A stretch of DNA of 64,000 bases from Octopus bimaculoides. Taxonomy: Eukaryota. The position numbers and the translations under genes are program-made. How positions within the stretch are numbered: the stretch's first letter is position 1; the number at the start of each line of letters is the position of its first letter. This document shows, in pieces, positions 38,875 through 52,590 of the stretch. The DNA lies in NCBI RefSeq assembly GCF_001194135.2, contig NC_068983.1, forward strand, positions 99,009,454-99,073,453, in the 5' to 3' direction. The notes beneath the pieces are model-generated. The model was not told where the DNA came from, searched no databases, and worked only from the letters and a program-made list of their open reading frames with translations.

Positions 38875-39830
38875 TAGAAAGATTTTAAAAAGATATAACA
38901 TAAATACTTTGAAAGCTTGACTTAATCAGTTTGCTAGACATAACACTAAATTTAAATACAAGGAAATACTACCAATATAGAAAACCAAATGAGGATACTA
39001 TATATACTGTATATATTTACAAAGGTTCTTACCACCTCCTACCCCATAATTATGAATCTTACAATTGGAATAAGTGTATCTTTGAGCTGCCCTTGAAAAA
39101 AATCATCTTTAACGGCACCACTCTCTACTATTCTGAAAAGCTAGCTAGAAACAGCCCAAGTGAAACATTAGTGTATCTAGTGAACAACACACTCATCCCA
39201 AAACCAGAACAGAAGCTTGAAGAAAGGAATCTGATTTACTTCACTGTATGACTTGGATGATACCACAAACACTGTCAGAAACTTTCTATCTCAAGAAAAA
39301 CAACATTTTCCAGGATACACAAATATACTAGCCTTTTTGACATGTATATAATTAAGGTAGCTATTCTTGCCAGGACAGCTTCAGTTCCCATGTCACCAGT
39401 ACTGTGGAATACACCTACCCAAAAGCCAACTTGTGCTGTTGAAATCTCTCAAATTGCCCAGTCAGGAGATTCTGTTTTGCAAATGTAGTTGTATATTGAA
39501 CATCTATGACATCTTTAGTGTTGAACAGAATCACAGGAAACTCACAGCGGACTTTATTAATTGTCATTATTGTCAGCATCTTCATTCATTTAGATCAAAT
39601 TATCCTAATTTGTCAAGAAATTCAAGGACATCAACAATTTTCTTTAAAGCTATTCCATACTTCAAACGATAAAACTTCTGGTTTTGTCTAATGAAAAAGC
39701 TCTAGATGTTAAAGCAGCCAATGCTAATCTTTAACTACTAGTCAGAAGCATTGTCCAATTGTTGTTATCAGAAGAAGTTTCTTCTGGACATCTGCTACCA
39801 TATGCCTAAACGCTCAACTCCCACTAACAC
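38875..39830 (+). mobile_element. Penelope-like element remnant: RT thumb/linker and GIY-YIG region
   Basis: LDITLNLNTRKYYQYRKPNE, RNLIYFT, SYSCQD, CPV..C..VVY, recalled as PLE motifs; many frameshifts. Confidence 0.65.
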
Positions 39831-40689
39831 AAATTCATAGCCAGTGAATTTCACAAGTATCATAGAGCAGTTGTCCTTGACAACATGTTTGATTTGGTAG
39901 TCTTCATTTATATCATAGTAGTACAGTAACCTTCAGCAATAAATTTGATTATAGGACTCATCTTCACTGATGAGAAACAACCTGCCTTGTAGTTTGTGAA
40001 TATAATTTTTATTTACTACGTGCTGTCTTGTCAATCATTTAAAAACTTTTTGCATGAGAAACTCCAAATAACAATGGTGTGATTTACCAGCTGTGTTCCT
40101 TCAATAAGTATAAATCCCACACTATGCATTGAGTGATTTTCTTTTCTTTTGCTCATAAGCATAAATGTATACTTACTCCCTATCTACAAAACAACAATAA
40201 ATAACTGAAGACGGTGAGGCAAACCATTTTTTATTCTTTGAAGAATGTGTGTATGTGTGTGTGTGTAAGAAAGCGTTATCAAGTACATGTGTTGGAAACC
40301 TTTTTAACATGGGAGGGAAACAACTAGGATATCAACACATGATTACAGATCCAAAACATGGAAATCACCTCATTACACAGGAAAAAAAAGGGTGTTGAAA
40401 AGTTCATTTATCTTCACTGGCCAAATTTTTTTTTAAATGTAAGATTTTATTATATTAATAGTTTTTTCTAAAACAGTTTCAATAACTATATGAAACTCTT
40501 CAAATGATAATTCCCAATGACCATATACTTTCAGATAAAACAAAGAATTTACACAATCTGAACAAGACCATGAACTTTAAACTTCAGACAAACAACAACG
40601 CTAATATATATATGTATATATATATAAGACAACTCCACCACAAACAGTATCATAAATCCAGAGGAGAATGAATTAGTTTCCCAATTAGA

Positions 40690-41300
40690 AAGAGATGACC
40701 ATATGGACAGTCTTGATATGCATACAAGCTACTTTACCTTTAACAATCATATGGGTAACTTCCTCTTCAAATTCAAACGAGGATAATCAACTCAGCATAA
40801 GTAAAATGGGAAGAATTTGCAAGTATATTTTCAACTTAGTTAACCTCAAAATTATATGTATCACGAGACTACAATAACAGAACTGCAGTACTACTGTCCT
40901 CAAGTGGGTGTCATGGTACTGAAAACAAATTCTCTGGCACATTCACCTAATTCAATATTGTTGACTGTTATTGCTCTATATCTAAGTCTCCAGTTGAGAA
41001 AGCTTGTATAACAACATTAATGATTTATGAATCTCTCCCACTTTAAACCCTGGATTTTGAGAAATGATTCATTATAATCAATGATCTAGACACCAGAATA
41101 ACAATGACTGCTAGAAAGTCACTATTGTTTCATGATAAATCCTACTGGGTTGAAAGGGAAGGTGATGCTTTCTTCTACATCTCCATGGGGAGTTATAATA
41201 GAGCTAAAGTGGCTGAACTTGTTGGGTTGGTTACTTATGATATATTCAGAAAGTACACTATCCCATATTTCTGGAAGGTACAGAGATGAAGATATATCAA
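40690..41300 (+). mobile_element. Penelope-like element remnant: RT core
   Basis: SKMGRICKYIF, ARKSLLFHDKSYWV, SMGSYNRAKVAELVGL, GRYRDE at 41273-41290 (cf. YRDD). Confidence 0.75.
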
Positions 41301-42144
41301 TCTCATAAAATAGGAGCAGTCATCCCATGGATAGATGTACAAAGTATTCACTATGAATATTTAAGAAGTTTGGCTTAACCCTCAAACTGCTCTGCATAAT
41401 TAAATTTCATGGTTGTTTCTTATGATATTAATTATCTACCAAAAAAATATAATTAGTATTTTTAATGAGTCATGTTGCCTTATAATAAAATATGACATGC
41501 CTCAACAAGAAACAGATTTGCATTAAAAAAATCATTTTGAGGAGTTAATGCTAACGAAAAGTTTTGAGAGGATTTCCTTATTAAGTGGATTAAATGTAAA
41601 CATTAGCACTAAATGATAGTCAACATTGTAAACATAACAAACACAATATTTAAATACAAGCAAACACAATTCTGAATATGCATATATCTATACCAGCTTA
41701 CTACCCATCCTACAGACAGAGAGAATTCATTGTAAACAAAAATTCTTGTTTCATAGATTAAATGAATATTCATATAACTTCAGTTGAATTAACAATGTCA
41801 AAGATTTCTTTAAATATGTGCATACAATTTTCTGTCTATGTACACATTTCTGCATTTACATACATCTGCGGAAGCATATGTATGCATGTGCATAACTTTC
41901 ATGTACAATCTTAATCAAACGTTTGAATACAAAGATGAAATCTAGTATTTTTCAAAATATGCTTTGATATAAAGATAATTAATTATTTACTAGATATTTG
42001 CAAGTAATTAAAGTTAACTCATTAATATTACTTATGGTATAAGAATGATGAACTATTATTTCATACTTTTATTTTCTCTTTGGCATTTCTGATATTGCAA
42101 GATATATCAATATTTTATTATCTCGTTTATTATTTTCATACATG

Positions 42145-42241
42145 AATGTTGTTAACAGTGACTTCAAAGTTTCAGCCAGCGAAGCCATTGTTGGACAACG
42201 GCTTGGCTGGTCAAAACTTCGAAATCACAGTCAACAACATT
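42145..42241. repeat. 97-nt imperfect hairpin (47-bp arms, 3-nt loop)
   Basis: Arms differ at 9 of 47 positions. Confidence 0.8.
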
Positions 42242-45200
42242 CTTGTGTAAGAACAATAAATTTTTACTTTACAAAAGTATAGTATAATCCATCAGATTAA
42301 TGTAAAATTGTTTTTAACTCTTTAGCATTTAAACTGGCCATATCCAGCCCAAATATTCTACCTAGTTTATGTTCAGAGCAGCCAGATCCAGCCTCTCGGA
42401 CCGATCCAACAGTGTGATTCTAAAAATAAACAGTCACATCATCAAAATCTTGAAGATACAAGATAATGCATGGTCAATTCAAAACATTGTGAATAAATAT
42501 GCACTACATTTAACAGAGTAATCTGAACATTAAAGGGTTGATATATTTTATTATTTAGTTTATTTATAATCTCACAAAAACGTTGGGGGTTGAAATTGTT
42601 ACTTTATTTGACTGATGTCCAGTAAGACATCGGCTAAGTATTTGCCAGTATTGTCCAAAAAACTTTGACTTCATAACATCACTGAAGTGAATATATATCG
42701 TGAAGCAGATGATCTTGTGCCACAACTCATCAAACTGATTATATGATTCATTATCTATGCCCATTTATATTTAGCAGTGTCATATAAACACAGCTGCCAT
42801 CAATAGTGAAAAGCAGCAGACTTCAAACTAGTTACAAGATGTCAAGCAAAAAGAAAGAAAAAGTCTAGGTGTAGCTATGTGGTAAGAAGTTTACTTCTCA
42901 ACCACATGGTTCCAGGTTCAGTACCACTATGGTACTGGGCAAGTGTCTTCTACTATAGCCTCAGGCCAACCAAAGCCTTGTAAGTGGATTTGGTAGGCGG
43001 AAACTGAAAGAAACCCATTGTATGAGTACATACATACATATTTATATATATATATATATATGTAATTGAGTGTTTTAGGAAAATGGAGGAGACTTCATTT
43101 CATCAAGATACAGTACAGCAGGCTTGTTACTCCTTAGATCATAAAGTAAAGAACCCAGCATGGCTGATGTAACAGAGTTAAATAAGAATGTCTAAGAAAG
43201 AAGCTAATAATGACAAGCTTAGTTGTGAATGAGTATGTCTTTATGTTTATTTGAGTGTCTGTTTGGTATGTGCATACGTATTTTTTTAGATGTATGTCAA
43301 AAGGAAAGGAAAAGTTCAAAGTTCAACAGAGTTAAAATAGACTAATTGTTTCAAAAGTCTAATTACAACTAGTAACACCTGCCAGAAAACATCATGTGTG
43401 TGTGTGTGCACACACACACACACACAGACATGAAATTCCAGGTATTGTGGAAAACAGCAATAAAGTTTTCTTTGTATCTGCTGGTGACAAAATATATAAA
43501 AATTTTTAAATGTTCTCAATTATATACAAAATTGTCTAAACTCATATGAGTGTTGAAGGTGTATTATGATTTACCTGTGATGATGTGTGTGTGTGTGTAT
43601 ATATAAATAAATATATATATATATATATATGGAAAAAAGACAAAGTAGAAAATGCTAAAATACTTTTATAAAAGTATTTTAGCATTTTCTACTTTGTCAT
43701 TTTTCCATATATATCTACTTGTGTGTTCCTCTTCAACCTTTTATNNNNNNNNNNNNNNNNNNNNNNNNNNNNNNNNNNNNNNNNNNNNNNNNNNNNNNNN
43801 NNNNNNNNNNNNNNNNNNNNNNNNNNNNNNNNNNNNNNNNNNNNNNNNNNNNNNNNNNNNNNNNNNNNNNNNNNNNNNNNNNNNNNNNNNNNNNNNNNNN
43901 NNNNNNNNNNNNNNNNNNNNNNNNNNNNNNNNNNNNNNNNNNNNNNNNNNNNNNNNNNNNNNNNNNNNNNNNNNNNNNNNNNNNNNNNNNNNNNNNNNNN
44001 NNNNNNNNNNNNNNNNNNNNNNNNNNNNNNNNNNNNNNNNNNNNNNNNNNNNNNNNNNNNNNNNNNNNNNNNNNNNNNNNNNNNNNNNNNNNNNNNNNNN
44101 NNNNNNNNNNNNNNNNNNNNNNNNNNNNNNNNNNNNNNNNNNNNNNNNNNNNNNNNNNNNNNNNNNNNNNNNNNNNNNNNNNNNNNNNNNNNNNNNNNNN
44201 NNNNNNNNNNNNNNNNNNNNNNNNNNNNNNNNNNNNNNNNNNNNNNNNNNNNNNNNNNNNNNNNNNNNNNNNNNNNNNNNNNNNNNNNNNNNNNNNNNNN
44301 NNNNNNNNNNNNNNNNNNNNNNNNNNNNNNNNNNNNNNNNNNNNNNNNNNNNNNNNNNNNNNNNNNNNNNNNNNNNNNNNNNNNNNNNNNNNNNNNNNNN
44401 NNNNNNNNNNNNNNNNNNNNNNNNNNNNNNNNNNNNNNNNNNNNNNNNNNNNNNNNNNNNNNNNNNNNNNNNNNNNNNNNNNNNNNNNNNNNNNNNNNNN
44501 NNNNNNNNNNNNNNNNNNNNNNNNNNNNNNNNNNNNNNNNNNNNNNNNNNNNNNNNNNNNNNNNNNNNNNNNNNNNNNNNNNNNNNNNNNNNNNNNNNNN
44601 NNNNNNNNNNNNNNNNNNNNNNNNNNNNNNNNNNNNNNNNNNNNNNNNNNNNNNNNNNNNNNNNNNNNNNNNNNNNNNNNNNNNNNNNNNNNNNNNNNNN
44701 NNNNNNNNNNNNNNATATATATATATATATATACATTGGGCTTCTTTCAGTTTTAATCTACCAAATCCAATCCACTCACAACGCTTTGGTTGGCCCAAGG
44801 CTATTGTAGAAGACACTTGCCCAAGGTGTCAAGCAGTGTGATTAAACTGTGAACTATATGGTTGGGAAGCAAGCTTCTTACCACACAGCCACATCTGCAT
44901 CTCATGTACATAAATATTTTGTCTGTATAAGTGTGTATTGTGGACAATCTATTGATAGATGAGTGTGCACAGACAGTATATGTTCACATGTTTATAGAAT
45001 CTTATCTATGTTTGCATGTGGTGTGTAATCTTTTGATAGATATATATAGTAGAGTACACTTATGTAAATGAGATGCAAATGTAATCTGATGACCACCTTC
45101 TAATTTTTTTTCACTTACTTTCTCTTTCTCTCTCATCCATTCTTTTTATTGCCCTCCAACCCTTCTCCATTTGCTTCCTCTTTTTTTCAGGTCACACTCC

Positions 45201-45319
45201 TTTCTTACCTTACTTTTTTTCCTCTTTCACCTTTACAGCTTACTAATTAAAACCTGTTATGATTTGTTTTGGGTGGAGGGACACACAGACTTACTGCAAA
45301 TTCACAAACACATACACTT

Positions 45320-45523
45320 TAAGGGCATTGTGAAAGGCCTGGTTGGAGGCCCAACCTTCCCAGTTCTTTTACAGGGATTAGAAAAACTGAAGGACTACTG
45401 CAATAAGTGTGTGAATCTGAAAGGTGAATATATTGAATAAAATCATAATTAACTGATCCTCCAGTATTTTCTTTTACTCAAAGCCAAGAACTTTTCAGCA
45501 CCCCCCATATGTATGTATGTATG

Positions 45524-45570
<47 letters not shown>

Positions 45571-46555
45571 NNNNNNNNNNNNNNNNNNNNNNNNNNNNNN
45601 NNNNNNNNNNNNNNNNNNNNNNNNNNNNNNNNNNNNNNNNNNNNNNNNNNNNNNNNNNNNNNNNNNNNNNNNNNNNNNNNNNNNNNNNNNNNNNNNNNNN
45701 NNNNNNNNNNNNNNNNNNNNNNNNNNNNNNNNNNNNNNNNNNNNNNNNNNNNNNNNNNNNNNNNNNNNNNNNNNNNNNNNNNNNNNNNNNNNNNNNNNNN
45801 NNNNNNNNNNNNNNNNNNNNNNNNNNNNNNNNNNNNNNNNNNNNNNNNNNNNNNNNNNNNNNNNNNNNNNNNNNNNNNNNNNNNNNNNNNNNNNNNNNNN
45901 NNNNNNNNNNNNNNNNNNNNNNNNNNNNNNNNNNNNNNNNNNNNNNNNNNNNNNNNNNNNNNNNNNNNNNNNNNNNNNNNNNNNNNNNNNNNNNNNNNNN
46001 NNNNNNNNNNNNNNNNNNNNNNNNNNNNNNNNNNNNNNNNNNNNNNNNNNNNNNNNNNNNNNNNNNNNNNNNNNNNNNNNNNNNNNNNNNNNNNNNNNNN
46101 NNNNNNNNNNNNNNNNNNNNNNNNNNNNNNNNNNNNNNNNNNNNNNNNNNNNNNNNNNNNNNNNNNNNNNNNNNNNNNNNNNNNNNNNNNNNNNNNNNNN
46201 NNNNNNNCCAAAGCCAGGAACTTTTCACCACCATCCATGTATGTATGTATGTATGTACACATAATCTGTGCATATGTATATAAGTGTGTTCATATGTATA
46301 TATGTATACATATATATATATATTTATACACACAAGGTAGTGCTGAAAAGTTCCTGGCTTTAAGGATATTGCAAAAGGCCTGGCTGGAGGTCCAATCTTC
46401 TGAGTTCTTTTATAGGGCTTAGAAAAACTGAAGAACTGCTGCAAAAAAGTGTGTGAATCTGAGAGAGGAATATGTTTGATAAAATCATAATTAACTGATC
46501 CTCCTGAATTTTCTTTTACCCAAAGCCAGGAACTTTTCACCACCATCCATGTATG
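45320..46555 (+). mobile_element. Cluster of mariner-derived MITEs around an N gap
   Basis: TIRs gtgctgaaaagttcctggcttt / aaagccaggaacttttca(g/c)cacc; retain the transposase C-terminus GLEKL...KCVNLKGEYIE*. Confidence 0.75.
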
Positions 46556-46567
46556 TATGTATGTATG

Positions 46568-46616
<49 letters not shown>

Positions 46617-48145
46617 TTCACTGATTAATGTTATATACCAATATAGCAATGTTTTTATAAGCATAACAAACATTTGAAGATATGATCACTTTTAAATATA
46701 TTTTTATTAATAATTTTATAGTTCTCATAAATATCAACTAAAACTTCAAAATACTCCACATATCTATTTCTGTTCAAAATATTAAATAAAGCATTTCCTT
46801 TCTTTAAATAAATCTGAAGGTAAGCTGATTTACTGTACACTTAACAGAACAATTGACTATATATTTTATAGGTAATTTGCAGAAGTATTTAGCATTATCA
46901 GATATTAACCACAGTATAACTAAGTCATTTACATGCAGTATACGGTCATTTTGTCATTATCTAGAATCTAATTATACATTATCTTTTTCTTAAATGTCAG
47001 ATATGAAGACGCGGAGGCTACAGCATAATAAACAAAACAGCTAGAGATTTATTGCTAGTTTAACACAAGAAAAATTATGACCTTTAGAATGACATTATTT
47101 TCAGCCACACAATGTAGAATGTTATAATGTTGACTACAACTAAATTGTATGTATGTATGTATGTATGTATGTACGTATGTACGTACGTAAGTACACACGT
47201 ACATACATACGTACGTACGTACGTACATACGTATGTATGGTTCTCTTCTATTTCTAATTACTTGATATCTTCCTGTATGGAAAGAGCAGGTTTCTAACAA
47301 AAATACAAAGCTTTATTGTTGGAATGTAGAGAACAAAAAAAAACTTGAGAAAATCCTTGAATATTTTTACTTTCCATTTACAGACTGTATTTTTAATGTG
47401 CAAGTTAGCTGGTTAATTCCATCCTCTCAAAAACCTCAACTTATGATTGCCATTAAAACATTTAATGAATGTCTATATGTCAAGGTTAATTATATGATAT
47501 TTTTTAATACATTAGTATAACAGAAAATTCATTTCAGAGCAGATTATTTCAACAAATGAATTTTCAAACAACATGGAAAGGAAAGTACTAAATTGTTCTT
47601 TGACCAAAAGGAAGATAAAGGTGGGTCAACTTACAAAATATGGTTTAGTTTAGACAGAGTCACCCAGTGTTATAATAGTTCAAACAGCTGCAATTTATGC
47701 TTATCTGAAAAATATGATATTATAAATCATCTACACCATTCATAAGTAATAATAACAAAAGAACTAAGTTTATATTGTAACATGGTTCAATATTCTTGCA
47801 ATCCCTTTTCAAGACATTGGTGAAGGTACACATCATGTGACACATCATACTTTCTTTTGAATTTCCAACTACTGTAAAATTCTGTTAAATATTAGTGTGT
47901 CCTCATTCTTAGGCACTAGCGGGAAACGACAGTATGGAAGTATCTACACATATTTATACACACACAAGTAAATGTAAATGGAATGGTACTGGTGTGGCTG
48001 TGTGGTTAAGAAGTTCACTTCCCAAGTACATCGTTTTCAGGTTCAGTCCTACTAAGTGGCACCTTAGGCAAGTGTCTTCTATATAGCCTTGACTGACGAA
48101 AGCCTTGTGAGGGATTTGGTAGATGGTAACTGAAAGAAGCTTATC

Positions 48146-48195
<50 letters not shown>

Positions 48196-48265
48196 ATATT
48201 AGCAATAGTTATGATATAGAACATGGAGACTTCATATACCCCCCAAAATAACATTTATATATATG

Positions 48266-48300
<35 letters not shown>

Positions 48301-48767
48301 TAATATTTCTCTTCCCTTATATGTGTTCACAAACTGATTGTAAACAATAGTTTTGCTAACAATGTCATCTGCTTGTAGTCCACTGCAAAAGCATGCCTGG
48401 GCTTCTTGGCATGGCTCGATATATTGCAAGATGGTTGTAAACAAAAGGCTGGTCCACAATATCATTTCCTTCCATTTCTCTACATGAACAAACAATCAGA
48501 TTGTTTGTTGTTTCATAGACTGAGAAATTACTTCCTCACTTGGAAACAAGTGAAGTCAACTGGCTGCAGAAAACACTGGTTCAGCATACACTAATATGAC
48601 AAATGTAAGCATGGAAAAGGATATGAAGATGTCTGTGTATTATATATATATATATATATATATATATNNNNNNNNNNNNNNNNNNNNNNNNNNNNNNNNN
48701 NNNNNNNNNNNNNNNNNNNNNNNNNNNNNNNNNNNNNNNNNNNNNNNNNNNNNNNNNNNNNNNNNNN

Positions 48768-48810
48768 TTCAGGGACATGTTTCTGAGTCATTGCTCATCA
48801 TCAGCCTGAA
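48768..48810 (-). ncRNA. Minimal type-I hammerhead ribozyme, canonical core
   Basis: UUCAGG-CUGAUGA-UGAG(CAAUGA)CUCA-GAAA-CAUG-UC-CCUGAA. 6-bp stem I, 4-bp stem II, palindromic stem III ACAUGU, GUC cleavage triplet. Confidence 0.85.
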
Positions 48811-49027
48811 GTAGCAAGACCAGCTGGAGGAAGATGTCTGTCAACCTCTCGCAAATATATGTATTTCTAGTGAAAAAACATTCACTGATTACAAAAATTA
48901 GAAATGATGTAATTATAAATCTCACAGAATTAAGCAGCAGTGTTACGATAAAGCAGTTGTATGCTGTCAACTTAATGTGACAGTCCCAATAATTCTCTCT
49001 GCTTAATTCTCTCTGTGAGATTTATAA

Positions 49028-49072
49028 TTAGATTGTATATATCTATACAAATATATATATATATATATATAT

Positions 49073-49129
<57 letters not shown>

Positions 49130-49144
49130 TGTAAATATATATAT

Positions 49145-49175
<31 letters not shown>

Positions 49176-49191
49176 AATATATATAAATATA

Positions 49192-49224
<33 letters not shown>

Positions 49225-49245
49225 TTTAAATATAAATATATATTA
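49028..49245. repeat. (AT)n-rich microsatellite. Other SSRs: (GT)n 5345-5385 and 63950-64000, (AGAT)n 11768-11805, (AC)n 15015-15070, (GTAT/GTAC)n 47148-47237
   Basis: Direct reading. Confidence 0.95.
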
Positions 49246-49289
49246 TTTTATTCTTTTATATGTTTCAGTCCAATGACAGTGGCCATAGT

Positions 49290-50330
49290 GATCATCTTTC
49301 CACTTTCCACCTTTGTCGGAGTGGCGTTTGGTGAAGGATGGAATTCAATGTTACTGCCTTCTTTTGAGTTTCTTGCCTAAATATTGGCTCATCCGTGACC
49401 TCGCCGAGCCAGAGGTGAAGTTCACGTTTGAAAACATCTACATCCACTGTATGGAGGCTCCTGAGATGCTTCAGAAGACAGTTAAACAGCTGTGGGCCCT
49501 TGAAACCCAAGGTATTGCAGTACATCATCCTTGCCCGAGATGAGCCAGTTGGCACACTGGGGACAGCACAGTGATGTCCCGTTCTGGTATAGCTCTTTAT
49601 TCCAAAGTTTGGTACCAGTCCTTCCAGTATCTTCCATATATATATCACTGCATACCTCTTCCACCTTCCTTCCAGGGAATAGAGTCGTAGCTCTTTCAAT
49701 GTCCCAGTAGCTCAGTCATTCCATTGATGCAATTTTCTTTGTGTAATGTCGTTGGGCTGCTCCAAGCTCTGCTATCATCCTTGTAGTATAAGGTGACCAT
49801 AGCTGAGAGCAGTAGTCCAGTTGGCTGAGGATGAATGACTTCCATCGTGTCATCATAGTTTCTTGGTCCCTTGTCCGGAAGGTTCTCAGAATCTTCTGGA
49901 TACTGCTACCATTTTGTTGATATGTGTGTGAAATGAGGTATTGTTGCTCATTTCTATTCCAAGATCACGCACCGTATTTGATTCTGGGATCGTTGCTCCA
50001 CTTGATAAAACATACTGTGGTCGTGATTCCTGAGCAGTGCTTAACTGGTAACGGAGGACATGGAATTTACTTGCATTAAATTGCATGTTGTTATCCTCAG
50101 CCCATGTATAGATGGCATCTAGATCTTTCTGTTAGAGAGTAGCATCAGAGGTTTCCTTGACTGACTGTGCGACTTTTGTGCCGTCGGCATAGCTGGTAAG
50201 CATGGCTGCCTCTGTCACTGATGGCATATCCGATAGGGCTACCGTGAAAAGCAGTGGCCCCAGCACAGTGCCCTGGGGCACTCCACTCACTATTGGTGTC
50301 TCTGTGGAGAGAGCTCCGTTGGCCGCTATA
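49290..50330 (-). mobile_element. CR1-group LINE RT and C-terminal fragment
   Basis: SGVPQGTVLGPLLF, SYADGTKV (decayed YADD), NMQFNASKFHVL, LKELRLYSLE..YIWKILEGLVPN. Confidence 0.8.
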
Positions 50331-50339
50331 GTTTGGCAT

Positions 50340-50760
50340 CAAGTACTACACGAATGCCCGCACAGGTCGCCACTGCATAGTACCAAGGGTACCGTCCACT
50401 ACATCTCACATAAGAACAAGGTATTGCAACAGCCTCAGTTTCTGAGGACCTCAGCTCTTTAATGCCCTGCCAAAACAATTGAAAGACCTGCAAGACATGG
50501 ATGTAGAGATCTTCAAACCAAAATTCGACCCTTTCCTATCCACGATACCAGACGAACTGATGGCTCGAAATGAGACAGTTGAGGGCAGCGATATCAAATT
50601 CTCTTATACACGAGATGTGTCATCGAAAGTCTTGACTGGATTACATCAGCTGGCAGAGAAGAGCCATGCAAGGAACATGCAGAGAGCACAGCATAAGGAG
50701 GGAAAGTCATGGTGGTGCTCCAGCAGGACCACAGCCACTTGGCTGAAACGCATAAATGAA
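50340..50760 (+). mobile_element. Second CR1-group 3' fragment, opposite orientation
   Basis: GPQLFNALPKQLKDLQDMDVEIFKPKFDPFLSTIPDE, paralogous to the 49292-49699 peptide. Confidence 0.7.
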
Positions 50761-51174
50761 AAAGAAAATAAATAAATACATAAATATAAATATATATATG
50801 TATGTATATATATATATATATATATAAATCCATATATTTATATATATATANNNNNNNNNNNNNNNNNNNNNNNNNNNNNNNNNNNNNNNNNNNNNNNNNN
50901 NNNNNNNNNNNNNNNNNNNNNNNNNNNNNNNNNNNNNNNNNNNNNNNNNNNNNNNNNNNNNNNNNNNNNNNNNNNNNNNNNNNNNNNNNNNNNNNNNNNN
51001 NNNNNNNNNNNNNNNNNNNNNNNNNNNNNNNNNNNNNNNNNNNNNNNNNNNNNNNNNNNNNNNNNNNNNNNNNNNNNNNNNNNNNNNNNNNNNNNNNNNN
51101 NNNNNNNNNNNNNNNNNNNNNNNNNNNNNNNNNNNNNNNNNNNNNNNNNNNNNNNNNNNNNNNNNNNNNNNNNN

Positions 51175-52590
51175 AAAAAATTTGCCAATGTTCTGCGCCG
51201 TGAGGACCAAAGACTTGAAGTATTTCGTGTTGCAAGACAGTGTATGAGAGAGAATCGTGATGTCATAGGAGAGAAATGTGTCCGCATGGATGATGGTTTA
51301 CTTGCACTAAACGAGGTTGCAAAGAGAGAGGTTTGGAGACGCCACTATGAAAGGTTGCTCAATAAAGAGAATGAATGGGAGAAAGCGAGTCTGCTGAATG
51401 TCAATCCAACAGAGGGACCAGCTATCCGAATTGACAGTACCTTGATAGATAGAGCAATTAAGAGTATGAAGACAGGGAAAGCCCCCGGCCCATCAGGAAN
51501 NNNNNNNNNAGAGTATGAAGACAGGGAAAGCCCCCGGCCCATCAGGAATCACCGCAGAGATGCTCAAAATATCTGGCAGTGTCGGCTATAACCTAGTCAC
51601 CCATATAATTAACCAGGTGACACATGAAGGAGTCATATCCAATGACTGGTGTAGCAGCACAATAGTCAACTGCTACAAAAGTAAAGTCACGCTTTAGATA
51701 CAAATAATTACAGAGGTATCAAGTTGTTGGATCAGGTAATGAAGGTCACGGAGAGGGTCATACCCCAACTAATTAGGGACAGAGTTAGTTTAGATGAGAT
51801 GCAGTTTGGGTTCGTACCAGGGAAAAGCACCACTGTTGCTATATTTCTGGTAAGACAGCTGCAGGAGAAATACCTAGCCAAAGATAAACCTCTGTACTTG
51901 GCTTTCGTTGACACGGAGAAAGCCTTTAACAGGGTCCCCCATTCCATTATCTGGTGGTCAATGAGGAAACTAGGGATAGATGAGTGGTTAGTGAGAGCTG
52001 TGCGAGCCATGTACAGGGACACTGTCAGTAAGGTGAGGGTTGGCAACGAGTACAGTGAAGAATTCTGGGTAAAGGATGGGGTCCACCAAGGTTCAGTCCT
52101 CAGCCTCCTCCTATTTATCATAGTCCTCCAGACAATAACAGGAATTCAAGACAGGATGCACCCGGGAGCTTCTCTATGCTGATGACCTTGCTCTAATTGT
52201 ACCCAGTGCAAGCTATGGACACATAAGAGGTGCAGCAATATCAAAGGAAGGCTAACTAGGAAGATAGTTTTTGTATGTGGCAGATGCTCAGGAGCAATAA
52301 ACACTGAAAATGTGCAGAGAACAACTTTTGCCACATTCCAGGGAGAAAAACTAGAAGTAGTTGATAGCTTCAGTTACCTAGGTAATCAAGTTTGTAGTGG
52401 GGGTGGGTATTCTGAAAGTGTAGCTGCTAAAATAAGAATAGCCTGGGCAAAGCTCAGAGAGCTCTTATCTCTGCTGGTGACAAAGGGCCTCTCGCTCATA
52501 GTAAAAGGTAGACTGCAAGACACATGTGTACTAACAGCCATGCTACATGACAGTGAAACATGGGCTGTGACTGCTGAGAACATGCAGTGA
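51175..52590 (+). mobile_element. RTE-clade LINE ORF2 fragment, degenerate RT
   Basis: GKAPGPSGITAEMLK, QFGFVPGKST, AFVDTEKAFNRV, GVHQGSVLSLLLF, ctatgctgatgac (YADD); frameshifted. Confidence 0.9.

Noticed and set aside
48232-48495. ORF resembling a signal peptide plus ACFC motif
   Set aside because: No credible splice donor; it runs into microsatellite.
51461-51548. 39-bp direct duplication inside the RTE
   Set aside because: It flanks a 10-N gap, typical of unmerged contig overlap.
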